DNA from: an uncultured delta proteobacterium
GTDB taxonomy: Bacteria; Desulfobacterota; Binatia; UBA9968
NCBI GenBank assembly: GCA_963804165.1
Contig: CAWDPO010000042.1
Location: forward strand, 1-64,000
DNA length: 64,000 nucleotides
Direction: 5' to 3'
This document shows, one piece after another, positions 21,672-32,114 of the stretch (its first letter is position 1; each line of letters opens with the position of its first letter). The notes beneath the pieces are model-generated. The model searched no databases. It saw only the letters and a program-made list of their open reading frames with translations, and had not been told where the DNA came from. The position numbers and the translations under genes are program-made.

Positions 21672-22767
21672 TCAACGGCGGTAGAACGGTAACGAAACCA
21701 ATTTGGATGGAATTCGGCCACGGATTTCGACGTCGATGAATATTGCCGATCTCGGACTTCTTCGCTGGCAACATAGCCGAGCGCGATCGATTTCCCAAGC
21801 GATCGGAGACTTAGTGCCGCTGGTGACCCGGCCGATCGGTGCGCCGTCTTTGAACAATCCATATCCGCTGCGGGCGATACCGGGCTCCAACAATTCCAGG
21901 CCGACCAACTTGCGCTGGATCCCGTTCCCGCTTTTGCCGCAACAAAACCTCGCGCCCGATGAAGGCTGGCTTGGAAAATTTCGTCACCCACTGCTAAGCC
22001 CGCTTCCAGCGGCGTGGTCGTATCGTCGAGCTCATGGCCGTACAACGGATAGGCCTTTTCCAGTCTCAGCGTATCGCGGGCTCCCAAGCCCGACGGGCAC
22101 CAAACCCTGCGGTGCGCCCGCTGCCAAGCAGCGCGTCTCCAGAGTGCGAACCGCGTCCTCGGCATGGCAATAAAGCTCAAATCCGTCTTCGCCCGGTGTA
22201 ACCGGTTCGCGCCACCAAGCAACGAATTCCGCCACGTCGGCAAAGACGAAGAGAAAATGATTTGATCTGAGCGAGATCGACAGCCGTCAGCGCTTGCGAG
22301 AATTTTCTGCGGCCAGCGGCCCCTGCAAAGCCAGCTGCGCATACTTGGCGCTGACGTTTTCAACTTCGACCGTCTCCGGCGCATGGTCGCTGAATCCAGT
22401 CGATAATCTTTATCGCTGTTGGCCGCATTGACGCAAATAAAAAACACATTCGGCTCCAGGCGATAAAAAATCACGTCGTCGACCACGCCGCCGCTGATCG
22501 TTGAGCAGCAAATTGTACTGCGCCTGGAACGGCTTCATGCGCGCGACATCGTTGGCGGTGAGATGCGTGGCACAGCTCCAAGCGCGCCTTCGCCGCGCAT
22601 TTCGATTTCGCCCATGTGGCTGACGTCAAAAAGCCCGCATGGCGTGCGCACCGCCACATGCTCTTCGATGACGCCCTTGATACTGAACCGGCATTTCCCA
22701 GCCGGCGAACTCGACCATCTTCGCGCCGGCGCTGCCGATGCGCGGCGTAGAGCGGAGTTCTGTTCAT
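21672..22767 (-). CDS. gcvT: glycine cleavage system aminomethyltransferase T; many indels
   Basis: [44 protein letters not shown]. Confidence 0.9.
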
Positions 22768-22793
22768 CCCCTGCCCAGCGCTGCCGGCGCGAC

Positions 22794-23669
22794 CTATAAA
22801 TCGCCTAACGCTCGCGCTGCAGCGCATCCTTTGGCGGCTTTTAACGTGTTGTGAAGCAGCATGCAGATCGTCATCGGCCCGACGCCGCCGGGTACCGGTG
22901 TGATCGCTGAAGCGCGATCTTTGGCGGTTTCGAATTCGACATCGCCGCAAAGTTTGCCGTTCGGCAAGCGATTGACGCCGACATCGATCACCACCGCGCC
23001 GGGCTTGATCCAATCGCCGCGAACGAGTCCCGCTTTGCCGATCGCCACGACGAGAATATCGGCGCGACCGACTTCGTCGCGCAGACTCGCGGTGCGCGAA
23101 TGGCAGATCGTCACCGTCGCATGTTTTTCGAGCAACATCAGCGCCACCGGTTTACCGACGATATTACTGCGTCCCACGACGACGGCATTTTTCCCTTTGG
23201 GATCGCAACCCGCGGCCGCCAGCAGCTTCATGATGCCCATCGGCGTGCAGGGCCTGAAGCCATCGCCGCCGAGCAGCAGCATTCCCTGGCTCATCGGATG
23301 AAAGCCATCGATGTCTTTATATGGCGAAATTGCTTCCAGGATTTTTTCGGCGCGGATATGCGGCGGCAGCGGCAATTGCACCAAAATCCCATGAACGTTT
23401 TTATTTTTGTTGAGCTGGTGTACGAGCGCAACAATTCTTTTTCCGGAGATCGTCGCCGGCAATAAGATGCTCAAACGATTTGATGCCGACCTCCTTGGCA
23501 GGCCTTCTCTTTATTGCGCACGTAAATATGCGACGCTGGGTCATCGCCGACCAGAGACGACGGCCAATCCCGGCACCAATCCCCAGCGCCGCTCGAGCCC
23601 TTCGACTTCTTCTTTGATTTGCTTTTGAACTTCCTTGGCGACGGCTTTGCCATCAATGATCGCGGCCAT
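22794..23669 (-). CDS. folD: bifunctional methylenetetrahydrofolate dehydrogenase/cyclohydrolase; indels
   Basis: [46 protein letters not shown]. Confidence 0.95.
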
Positions 23670-24049
23670 GACTTGCTCCGCGACGGGATTCGAAAATCTA
23701 TACTGGAAAAAAGCGATTTGTAAAATCTGGTATGAATTAATTGCATGACATGGTGCAGTATCGAACGTCAACCCTCGGCAGCTTGAGCCGTTGTGACAAT
23801 TCGGCATCGAAAATTGATAGCACGCGCCCCGACGGAGAACGCTTTCAAAGCATAATCTTTTTCGCTAAGTTGACGACACCCATGTGATCCTTTAGGCGGG
23901 GAGTAACAGCGCCGCCATCGTTAACCAGCCGGCTGTGACGGCAAGTTCGCTGGGGACAATTCACCGATCAAAGCTAGATCAAAAAACTGATAAATGAAAA
24001 TTCGTCGAACCGGCCGGTCACGGACCTAAGACAGAAAAGGACGTTTGGC

Positions 24050-25150
24050 ATGAGCGAACCCCGCACCCTCGAAGAAGTGAAAAATGATATTCGCTGGCGC
24101 GTCGGCCAGCGCGCGCCGTTTCTCCACGCCGACAAGAGCGATGCGGAAGAAGCCCTGGCAAAAATGCCGAACTTCGATGGCGAAACTTGGGCGGCCGCAT
24201 GGAACGATCTCGGGGCTCGATGGGAAGACAAGGCCAACACTGCCGAGAAAGCGGGCAATGGCGTCTCAAGCCAAAGAGGCGTTTCTCAAATCCTACGGCT
24301 ACTATGGCATCGCGCGCCATCCGTTTCCGAGCACTCCCGGGCAAACATCATGGCTACGAAAAAACCCGCGAGATGTTTCTCGCCGCATCGAAATATTTTG
24401 ACATCCCGGTCGAACGAGTTTCGATTCCATTTCAAGGCAAGGCGATCGTCGGTCATCTTGCGACTTGCCAAAAAAACTTCCCGCGCCGATGATCATGCAC
24501 TGGGGCGGCATCGACAATTGGAAAGAAGAGCGCCATTCATTCGGCGAGTCGTTCGTCAGAGAAGGGTGGGGCTGCTTCATCATCGACAGCCCCGGCACGG
24601 GAGAATGCCCGATGCTTGCCGGAGCCGGACGCCCATGCAAGTGCACTTGGCCGCGCTCGACTATTTACTCAACCGGCCGGAAGTGGACGGCGACAAAATC
24701 GCCGTCGTCGGCGCCAGCTTCGGCGGCTATTGGTCGACCAAGCTCGCGCACCTCGCGCCGGAAAAATTGCGCGCCGCGGTCAACTGGGGCGGCGGCATTC
24801 ATTATTTTTTCCAGCCGGAATGGCAGGAGCGCTCGCGCCACGCCGATTCCTATCTGTTCGATTTGATCGAAGCGCGCGCCAATCTTTTCGGCAAGAAAAC
24901 TTTCGATGAGCTTTGCGTCAGTCATGCCGGCGCTCTCGTTGCTCGATCAAGGCTCGCTCGATAAACCTTGCGCGCCGCTATTGATCGTCAACGGCAAAGA
25001 GGACAAGCAGGTGCCGCTGGAAGATTTTTATCTGCTGCTGGAGCATGGCGAGCCCGAAGACGATCCGTTTATTTCCCGGCGGCCACATGGGCTCGATTGC
25101 GAACATTTTCAAAACCGTCGATCGCGTGGCTGCACGCAAAATTGGACTGA
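24050..25150 (+). CDS. alpha/beta hydrolase (FrsA / dihydroxypseudooxynicotine-hydrolase-like); indels
   Basis: GGIDNWKEE, DSPGTGE, nucleophile GASFGGYW, NGKEDKQVP, GGHMG. Confidence 0.8.
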
Positions 25151-25156
25151 TGGTCA

Positions 25157-25410
25157 TGAGCCTCTATCAATTGCAGAAACTGATTTATCACGTCAATCGT
25201 GACCCGGCGCAGCGCGAACGCTATCGCCAAGATCCTGCGGCCTTCATCAAAGGCTACGAATTGTCCGAAGCGGAATCGAAGGCGGATTTAACCGTCGATG
25301 TGCGTGCGCTTTACACGATGGGCGTGCATTCGCTGCTGCTGCGGCCTTTCATCTGCTCAACAAAGTATCCAATGAAGACTACGCCAAAGCGCTTAGAGGA
25401 TTGGAGTGAG
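25157..25410 (+). CDS. LigA-like small subunit of an aromatic ring-opening dioxygenase
   Basis: RERYRQDPAAFIKGYELSEAE...DVRALYTMGVHSLLL; overlaps the start of the LigB-like gene. Confidence 0.72.
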
Positions 25411-25412
25411 CT

Positions 25413-26230
25413 ATGCCGATCGTATTTGCCTGTGCCGCCAGCCATGCTCCCGGAATGACCGCCTGGACGGAAGCCGCGCCCAAGGAACAAGCCGAGAATT
25501 TTCTCGGAAACTACCGAAAGCTCGGCGAGTGCTCGCCGCCGTCTAAGCCGGACGCCATCGTTGCGCTCACCGTCGAGCACTGGGCGAATTTTTTTCTCAA
25601 TAGCATGCCGAGCCTTTTGCATCGGCCGCGCCGACCACTACGACGGTCCCATCGAAGAGTGGCTGCGACTTCCCAGGGGCCGCGTGCCGGGCGACGCGCC
25701 ATTGGCGGCGACGCTCATCGACGCGTGCCTCGACAATGGATTCGATCCGACGTTCTCCGATGAATTGCTGCTGGATCATGCAACCTACTTACCGCTGCAT
25801 TTTTTAAACCCGGGTATGGCCGTGCCGGTCGTGCCCGTGATCATCAACACGCTGACGCCGCCGATGCCGACGGCGAAAGCGCTGTTTCGCCTTCGGCCAG
25901 TTTCTTGGAAAAGTGTTGCAGAATAGTCCGAAGCGTATCGCCATGATTGCAACCGGTGGCTTGTCACACTGGCCCGGCGAAGCGAAGCACGGCAAGATCA
26001 ATATTCCCTTCGATAAAAAATTCCTGGACAACCTGATCGGCGGCGACCACGCGACATTGAGCGCGTATACTCACGATGAAATCAGCGCCGAGGCCGGCTC
26101 GGGCGGCCACGAAATCAGAACCTGGATCGCCCTCGCCGGCGCGGTAGAGAGCTGGAGAGCGGAATTACTCGCCTACGAGCCCGTGGTACCGTGGGCGACA
26201 GGCTGCGGTCTCGTCGCGTTCAATCCATAA
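25413..26230 (+). CDS. LigB-family (class III) extradiol ring-cleavage dioxygenase; indels
   Basis: ASHAP, EHWANFF, LDHAT, TGGLSHWPG, HEIRTW. Confidence 0.85.
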
Positions 26231-26268
26231 CAGGGAGTTTTTTCATCCTACTGTCGCCTATTGCCTAC

Positions 26269-27262
26269 ATGAGATTCAGCCTGCACAGCGTCCACGGCGG
26301 CGTCAAAAATATCGATGAGATTCACAAGCGCGCCCGGCGCGCCGAAGAATTCGGCTACGACGGCATCTTTCTCGGCGAGAGCCATTTGAGCTCGATCGAT
26401 TCCTTCCAGACGCTTGCCAGTTGCGCCATGATCACCCAACGCGTGCTGCTCGGCATCGCCGTGACGAACATGGTGTTCCGCGATCCCACGGTGCTCGCCG
26501 GCGCCGCCGCGTCGTTGAATGAGATCTCCAAAGGCCGCGCCATCCTCGGTCTCGGCACCGGCGACGGCCCGGTTTATACACAGGGACTAAAAGCGACGCG
26601 GATGAAGGACTTCGAAGAAGGAGTTCGCTCGATCCGCCATCTGGTACAAGGCCATCGGGCCAAGTTCCCAACCGGCGATGTCGGCATCGGCTTCACGATT
26701 AACAGGCCTGCCCCGATCTACGTCTCCGCAGAAGGACCCAAAGGGTCTGCAGCTCGCCGGCCGTTCCGCCGACGGAGTGATTCTCGGCACCGGCTTCGAT
26801 TTGCGCGTCTACGAATGGGCCAAGCAGAAAATACGAGATGGCGCAGCGGAGGCCGGACGCAAAGAAGGTGAAATCGCGATCATCGCCGCCGGCATGCTCT
26901 GTGTCCGCGACGACGGCGCCGAAGCGCGCCGCATCGTGCGCAACCGCATCGCCAACCGCGCCCACCACAACTTTCGCTTCACATTTGAAACCGTGCCGTC
27001 CGAGGAATTGGCAGGCGTGAAACAATTCATGGCGGGTTTCGATGTCATGAAACCGATGGAAGACCGCGTCGACCCGGATCTGGTGAACGACTACCTCGTC
27101 CATCGTTTTTCCATCGCAGGGACGCCCAAGGAGTGTATCGAACGAATCGAAGAGCTAAGAGCCACCGGTGTAGATCATCTGATGCTCACACCCGCGCGAA
27201 GAGTTTACAGCGAAAGTGTCGAAGCCTTTGCCGCGAAGGTGATTCCGCACTTCAAAAAGTGA
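26269..27262 (+). CDS. LLM class flavin-dependent oxidoreductase; indel near 26745
   Basis: AEEFGYDGIFLGESH, LGIAVTN, SKGRAILGLGTGD, GPKGLQLAGRSADG, AGTPKECIERI. Confidence 0.9.
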
Positions 27263-27352
27263 CTGCTCGCAAACGGCCGAGGCAACAGCGACGTATTGAT
27301 CTTTTCATTCCCTCAGAGTTTTAGTGGGAGATTTTAGAGCGATTCCTAACGC

Positions 27353-27410
27353 CGTCATTCCCGCATGCTTTCAGCGGGAATCCAGGCGAAGCGACGGTCT
27401 CGACCCTCGC
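27353..27410. repeat. truncated REP-like palindrome (GTCATTCCCGC...GCGGGAATCC type)
   Basis: attcccgc (27357-64) / gcgggaat (27374-81) stem; the second arm appears cut off. Confidence 0.6.
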
Positions 27411-27596
27411 TAGTCTCAATGGGTCTAGTCCAGCCCTGTCGGCAACCGAGTTCCCATCTCGCTGATGCGAGATTGGCGAAGGCCATTCGTCTGCTTATAC
27501 GAAAGTGACGGAGGGAATTCCCTTCATTGGAAACTGTAATAAAGTCGGTGTCTTTTCATGACTGTTAAAGGTCAATGACTTAGACGACCGATGTAT

Positions 27597-27612
27597 CTGG
27601 CATTCGCCTTGC
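27597..27612 (+). promoter_or_regulatory. sigma54 (-24/-12) promoter
   Basis: CTGGCATTCGCCTTGC with exact GG-N10-GC spacing; IHF-like gtcaatgactta at 27571-27582. Confidence 0.65.
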
Positions 27613-27715
27613 CTCTACGTTCATAGCCTAATCATTAGGAGGAAGTGGTGTCTCTGTTTCGAGGTTTGTCGGTGTCGAAATGACAACTATTTTCCTAATC
27701 AACGGTTAAAGCCAA

Positions 27716-29413
27716 ATGTACCAAGATTATTTTGGCTTCAATACCCTGCCGTTTAGTATCACGCCCGATCCGCTCTTTTTTTATGATAACCCAAGTTGTC
27801 GCGAGGCCTTCGCGAGTCTGCGCTACGGCATCGAAGAACGTAAGGGCTTGATCGTAATCACTGGAGAGGCGGGGACGGGAAAGACGACGTTGGTCAAGGT
27901 GTTTCTGCAAAGCGCAGGGGTGAAGATCCGTACGGCGTTCGTCATTAATCCCAAACTCACCGCGAACAAATTGCTCGGGTTCGTATTACGGGACCTAGGC
28001 ATCGCTCCCTCCACGCAAGAGCGGGGGGCCCTGACACTTCAGCTCAATGACTATCTACTCGAACAGCTCAAGGAGCGTCAGATTGTGGCACTCCTGGTCG
28101 ATGAGGCCCAGCAGCTAAGCAATGAACTTCTCGAAGAACTCAGGCTTCTTTCCAATCTTGAGACCAACAAAGAAAAACTCATCCAGATTGTCTTGCTGGG
28201 GCAACCCGAACTGGAAGAAAAACTTGATCAGCCCGAGTTGCGCCAGCTCAAGCAGCGGGTGACGCTACGTTGCCGGCTCGCTCCGCTCAATGACCAAGAA
28301 GTTAATCTCTATATCCAGGCTAGGCTGAGAACCGCGGGTTTTGAAGAGGAGGCGCTGTTTGATCCAACGGCGGTCGAGAAAATTGCGCTATATGCGAACG
28401 GGATTCCGCGGCTCATCAATGTGATTTGCGATAACGCGCTGCTCAGTTGTTACGCACTCTCCAAGAAAAGAGTGTCAGCCGAAATGATTGAAGAAGTGGC
28501 GTGCGATCTCCAACTCACCGCGCGGCCATCAATCGAGACGCCACGCGCTCTGACGGAATCGGAAACGCCAAAGGACCAGCATGCGACAAGAGACGAGAAG
28601 AACATCGTCAAGGAGGGGGGACCATCAACCTCGATCTCTCAAGGGCCGCAGCCGGAATTCCCAGGCTTTTTCATGGGCGGGAAACAACGGCGCACACCAA
28701 TCCATTGGCAGCGAAGTCTAGCCGGTTTGGGAACTGGATTTGTTTTTGGGGCTCTCGTGGCAGCTGGCCTTGGCGCGATATTTTACTCACAGTCAAACAG
28801 AACTGACATTTCGGACAGAGCCCCTCGAATCCGGGAGGAGACCAATCGCCGCGACAGCCCCACAATCGCCGCGCTGGCGCCAGGAGCTTTGCACGAAGAC
28901 CCGTCCAAAGAACTCAAAGACGTTCAAGCCTTAGCGCCTGAAGAACCGCCAATATCAACGCTACAACTAGGAGAAAGTGCCGTAGGAGCAAACGCGACGC
29001 CGATTCTGGAACCGAGCAAAACCGACCTATCCCAAGCCAGCGATTCTCCGGAGCGATCTCAAGAACAACAGACGGTAAAAAACGATAAGGAGGAGCAGGA
29101 GAAAATAAAAACCGCCGCCAAACGAACAGGCAACCAGCTTGGGGTTGCCCATAAGCCAACGAATGACAGATTACTATTTGAAATCTACAAGGCTATCGCT
29201 AACCGCGCGATAACAGGAATTGGAGTTTCTGTGATCGATGGCACAGTTGTTCTGGGCGGTCGAGTCGCCACCGAAAGTCAAAAAAATGCCGCCGGTCAAG
29301 CAGCGCGCAGCGTTCCCGGCGTTATAAACGTTCGCAACCAAATCCTCGTCAACGACGGTGTCGCCCCACAATACAGCGACGCCCGTGCGGATCGGCCGAG
29401 TTTTGGCGGATAG
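27716..29413 (+). CDS. ExeA/GspA-family AAA ATPase with TM segment and C-terminal BON domain
   Basis: PFSITPDP, GEAGTGKT, LLVDEAQ, LEELRLLSN, GIPRLINVICDNALL; BON-like VIDGTVVLGGRV...AARSVPGVINVRNQI. Confidence 0.9.
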   Translation: MYQDYFGFNTLPFSITPDPLFFYDNPSCREAFASLRYGIEERKGLIVITGEAGTGKTTLVKVFLQSAGVKIRTAFVINPKLTANKLLGFVLRDLGIAPSTQERGALTLQLNDYLLEQLKERQIVALLVDEAQQLSNELLEELRLLSNLETNKEKLIQIVLLGQPELEEKLDQPELRQLKQRVTLRCRLAPLNDQEVNLYIQARLRTAGFEEEALFDPTAVEKIALYANGIPRLINVICDNALLSCYALSKKRVSAEMIEEVACDLQLTARPSIETPRALTESETPKDQHATRDEKNIVKEGGPSTSISQGPQPEFPGFFMGGKQRRTPIHWQRSLAGLGTGFVFGALVAAGLGAIFYSQSNRTDISDRAPRIREETNRRDSPTIAALAPGALHEDPSKELKDVQALAPEEPPISTLQLGESAVGANATPILEPSKTDLSQASDSPERSQEQQTVKNDKEEQEKIKTAAKRTGNQLGVAHKPTNDRLLFEIYKAIANRAITGIGVSVIDGTVVLGGRVATESQKNAAGQAARSVPGVINVRNQILVNDGVAPQYSDARADRPSFGG

Positions 29414-29650
29414 TGAATCAGCACGCTCGAAAATATTTTCATTTCGACTTCCCTCAGCGAAACGAATATTGGAGATTGCCAGAACGAACCTCGAAAAAAG
29501 AGCGCTCCCGCTCCGCCTTCTCCTTGAGCATCTTCTTCACCTTCAGACCTCGGTCCACCTTCAACCTCTCTCAACCTCGTCCGCCTCCCACTCACCGCGC
29601 TGAAAACGATCTGCCCCAGGCGCCGCCGGTGTCGCCGCACAATACAGTGA
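29356..29650 (+). repeat. 24-bp imperfect direct repeat pair flanking a pyrimidine-rich spacer
   Basis: cggtgtcgccccacaatacagcga (29356-79) vs cggtgtcgccgcacaatacagtga (29627-50), 22/24 identical. Confidence 0.7.
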
Positions 29651-29667
29651 GACCGCCGAGCGTCCTC

Positions 29668-30723
29668 TTAGCGGGGCGGAAGAGGGTCTGCGCCGGTAAT
29701 CTTTTTCATCAGCTCGATGACTTCCGGCTCGCGCGAAATCTCCTTCAGCGCCTTCTCTTGCATCTCTCCCGTTAGCGGAGCGGCCTCGTTACCGACCAGA
29801 TTCTTGTAGGACACATGAAATTCGGGATCATTAAAGGTCTTGCGCATCGCTTCGCGGAGAGTCTGTACCCTGTCGCTGGGTGTACCCGGCGGGAGGAAAA
29901 AAGGCGCGCCGACGAGACGGAAAGCGCGGTGCATTCTGAGCAGTTTGTGCTCCTTCTCCGATTTAGCGAAGGTTTCCAGGTCGGGAAGATGCGGGAACAG
30001 CGGGTGTTTGTCCCCCTTCGGGACCTCAATCACGGCATGGAAGTCCGCCAGCTTTTTGTCAATCCAATCTTTGTTACGTGTCAAGACGTTATGAATCGGC
30101 GTTGCCCTGGCATCGATTTCACCTCGGATCAGGGCCACGTCGACCTCACGACCCGAATAGCCGACGATAAACTTGGGCTCTTTCAGTCCAATCAAATAGG
30201 CGAAGAGACGCCCGTCGACGTAAGTGGTAAAACCCACGGATTGGTCGCCGATTCTGACACCCGGCGTGGTTCGAAGCTTTTCAAGAGTGCCGAGCCCCGC
30301 ATCTCTTCTGGTCGCAAAAATCTGTTGCGTGTCGCTGCGCGGCGAGCCGAGGTAGATGAACTTATCCAGATCGTAGCGAACACCGACGGTATCCAATATC
30401 CCATTCGTAATGATACCGCCCGATCCGGAACCGATGGTCAATCCATCCGGCCGGGCGATCGCGTACATGTGATTGGCCTGCGTTCGGCCGCCCGCGCCCG
30501 GCATATACTCGATGACGATGCGCGGATTGCCGGGGATATACTTCTCGAGAAATGGCGTCATCGACCTTACGTAGCCATCTCCGGTTCCTCCGGGAGCGCG
30601 GCTTTGAATGATGCTGATCGTTTTTCCCTGATAGAAGGGAACCTGCGCCAGCGCGGAGCCTAGGTGCGGCAACAAGGAAGAAACCACCAGGGCAAACCAG
30701 AACCAACGTCTTTGAGAAATCAT
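29668..30723 (-). CDS. Bug/TctC family tripartite tricarboxylate transporter substrate-binding protein
   Basis: Signal peptide MISQRRWFWFALVV..AQ; FYQGKTI, PGGTGD, MPGAGG, PDGLTI, PPGTP. Confidence 0.9.
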   Translation of the reverse strand: MISQRRWFWFALVVSSLLPHLGSALAQVPFYQGKTISIIQSRAPGGTGDGYVRSMTPFLEKYIPGNPRIVIEYMPGAGGRTQANHMYAIARPDGLTIGSGSGGIITNGILDTVGVRYDLDKFIYLGSPRSDTQQIFATRRDAGLGTLEKLRTTPGVRIGDQSVGFTTYVDGRLFAYLIGLKEPKFIVGYSGREVDVALIRGEIDARATPIHNVLTRNKDWIDKKLADFHAVIEVPKGDKHPLFPHLPDLETFAKSEKEHKLLRMHRAFRLVGAPFFLPPGTPSDRVQTLREAMRKTFNDPEFHVSYKNLVGNEAAPLTGEMQEKALKEISREPEVIELMKKITGADPLPPR

Positions 30724-31060
30724 AGCAAGCCTCGTTCTGTTAGGGACGCGTGGCCTCACGGCGTCTAGCGACAGCATGGAGGTACAATGCGAGAACGTTC
30801 GTAAAGCAGCACCATGAAAGATCGGTGCGACATCGTTGTTTTTGGGAAGAACCCGCGGGTGCGTTTCGATTACTAAGATAAGAGCGCTACGATTGTCAAG
30901 GTAAAGTCTTACGGATCTATCTGAACTTGTGCCTTTCGCAATTGTTCTCGCGATGCTGATCGTCTCATCAGCGGCTTGACACTCTCCAGGGCTTTGATTA
31001 GACAGGGGCAACTCGCAACGCCATAAATCGACCGCATCACTGTCACCATAGGAAGAAAAT

Positions 31061-32017
31061 ATGGAACCCAAACATCCTTCGCCGCTCGTTATTCGGTCTC
31101 GCCTTGTGTTGGAAGTGGCGTCTGAAGTGATCGGCATGAATCAATGGCCTTACCGGCAAGCGCGGGTGAACTTACGCGATCAAGTTGGACTTGAGTGGAA
31201 GCTCTCTCTATTCGGCAGCGATACCGTCGAAGCCATCGAGGAAGTCGCTCGCGGCGACGTCCATCTTGCGACGATAAATCCCTCCAGCCCCCTGACGATG
31301 GCGTACCGCGGACGCGGCCCTTTCAGAGAAGCGATTCCAGTCCGGGCGATTGCGGTCATTCCCACCCAGGACCAATTTGCTTTTGCCGTATCCGAGAAAA
31401 CCGGGTTAAAGTCCTTCACGGATTTGCTTGAGCGTCGATACCCGTTGCGCGTTTCGCTCCGCGGTCAGAAACGTCACTCGGTTCACCTCGTGGTAAAAGA
31501 AGTGCTGGCGCAGGTTGGCTTTACTCTTGATGACCTGGTTTCGTGGGGCGGTCAGGTACGCTACGACGAAGGAATGCCGGATGGTCCAAATCGTTTCGGC
31601 GCCGTGCAACGTGGTGAGGTGGATGCGATCTTTGATGAGGCGGTGAAGCGATGGACGAATCAAGCTCTCGATGCGGGAATGCGGTTTCTTCCTCTGGAGG
31701 AGGAGCACGCCAGGCGATTGGAAGAAATCGGTTTCCGTCGAGCCACGCTTTCTAAGGATATCTACCCCAAGCTCCCGGCCGATGTTTCCACCGTCGATTT
31801 TAGCGGCTGGCCGATTTTTACCCACGCCCGCGTATCCGACGATATCGTGCGATCGTTTTGCATTGCGCTGGACAATCGAAAGGATCGCATCCCCTGGCAG
31901 GGAGAGGGCCCCCTTCCCTTGGAACGCATGTGCGCAGATAACCCGGAGGGACCATTGGATGTTCCGCTTCATCCCGCGGCAGAGATCTTTTGGCGCGAGC
32001 GAGGTTACTTGAAATAA
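31061..32017 (+). CDS. TAXI-like periplasmic-binding-protein-fold protein lacking a signal peptide
   Basis: AYRGRGPF, VRAIAVIP, GEVDAIF, VPLHPAAEIFWRERGYL C-terminus typical of the TAXI family. Confidence 0.72.
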   Translation: MEPKHPSPLVIRSRLVLEVASEVIGMNQWPYRQARVNLRDQVGLEWKLSLFGSDTVEAIEEVARGDVHLATINPSSPLTMAYRGRGPFREAIPVRAIAVIPTQDQFAFAVSEKTGLKSFTDLLERRYPLRVSLRGQKRHSVHLVVKEVLAQVGFTLDDLVSWGGQVRYDEGMPDGPNRFGAVQRGEVDAIFDEAVKRWTNQALDAGMRFLPLEEEHARRLEEIGFRRATLSKDIYPKLPADVSTVDFSGWPIFTHARVSDDIVRSFCIALDNRKDRIPWQGEGPLPLERMCADNPEGPLDVPLHPAAEIFWRERGYLK

Positions 32018-32114
32018 CGGGCAGAGGTATCAGCATCAGGACAGTTTCAGACTGAGTTTACCGTCGGTGCTTGCCGATAGATGATCCGCCTTCTAAACTT
32101 TCTCGGTATATCTC

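Noticed and set aside
18351-23669. gcv/folD cluster as pseudogenes or programmed frameshifts
   Set aside because: Indels are scattered, lack consistent slippery sites, and protein motifs are intact across frames; sequencing error is more likely.
23670-23890. Glycine, ZTP or THF riboswitch upstream of folD-gcv
   Set aside because: I could not find the conserved motifs of these classes on the minus strand.
29356-29650. Direct repeats as a mini CRISPR array
   Set aside because: Only two copies, a spacer of about 250 bp, and no cas genes.
30724-31137. Long N-terminal extension of the Bug ORF overlapping the divergent gene
   Set aside because: A normal signal peptide begins at 30723; the extension looks like non-coding intergenic sequence without stops.
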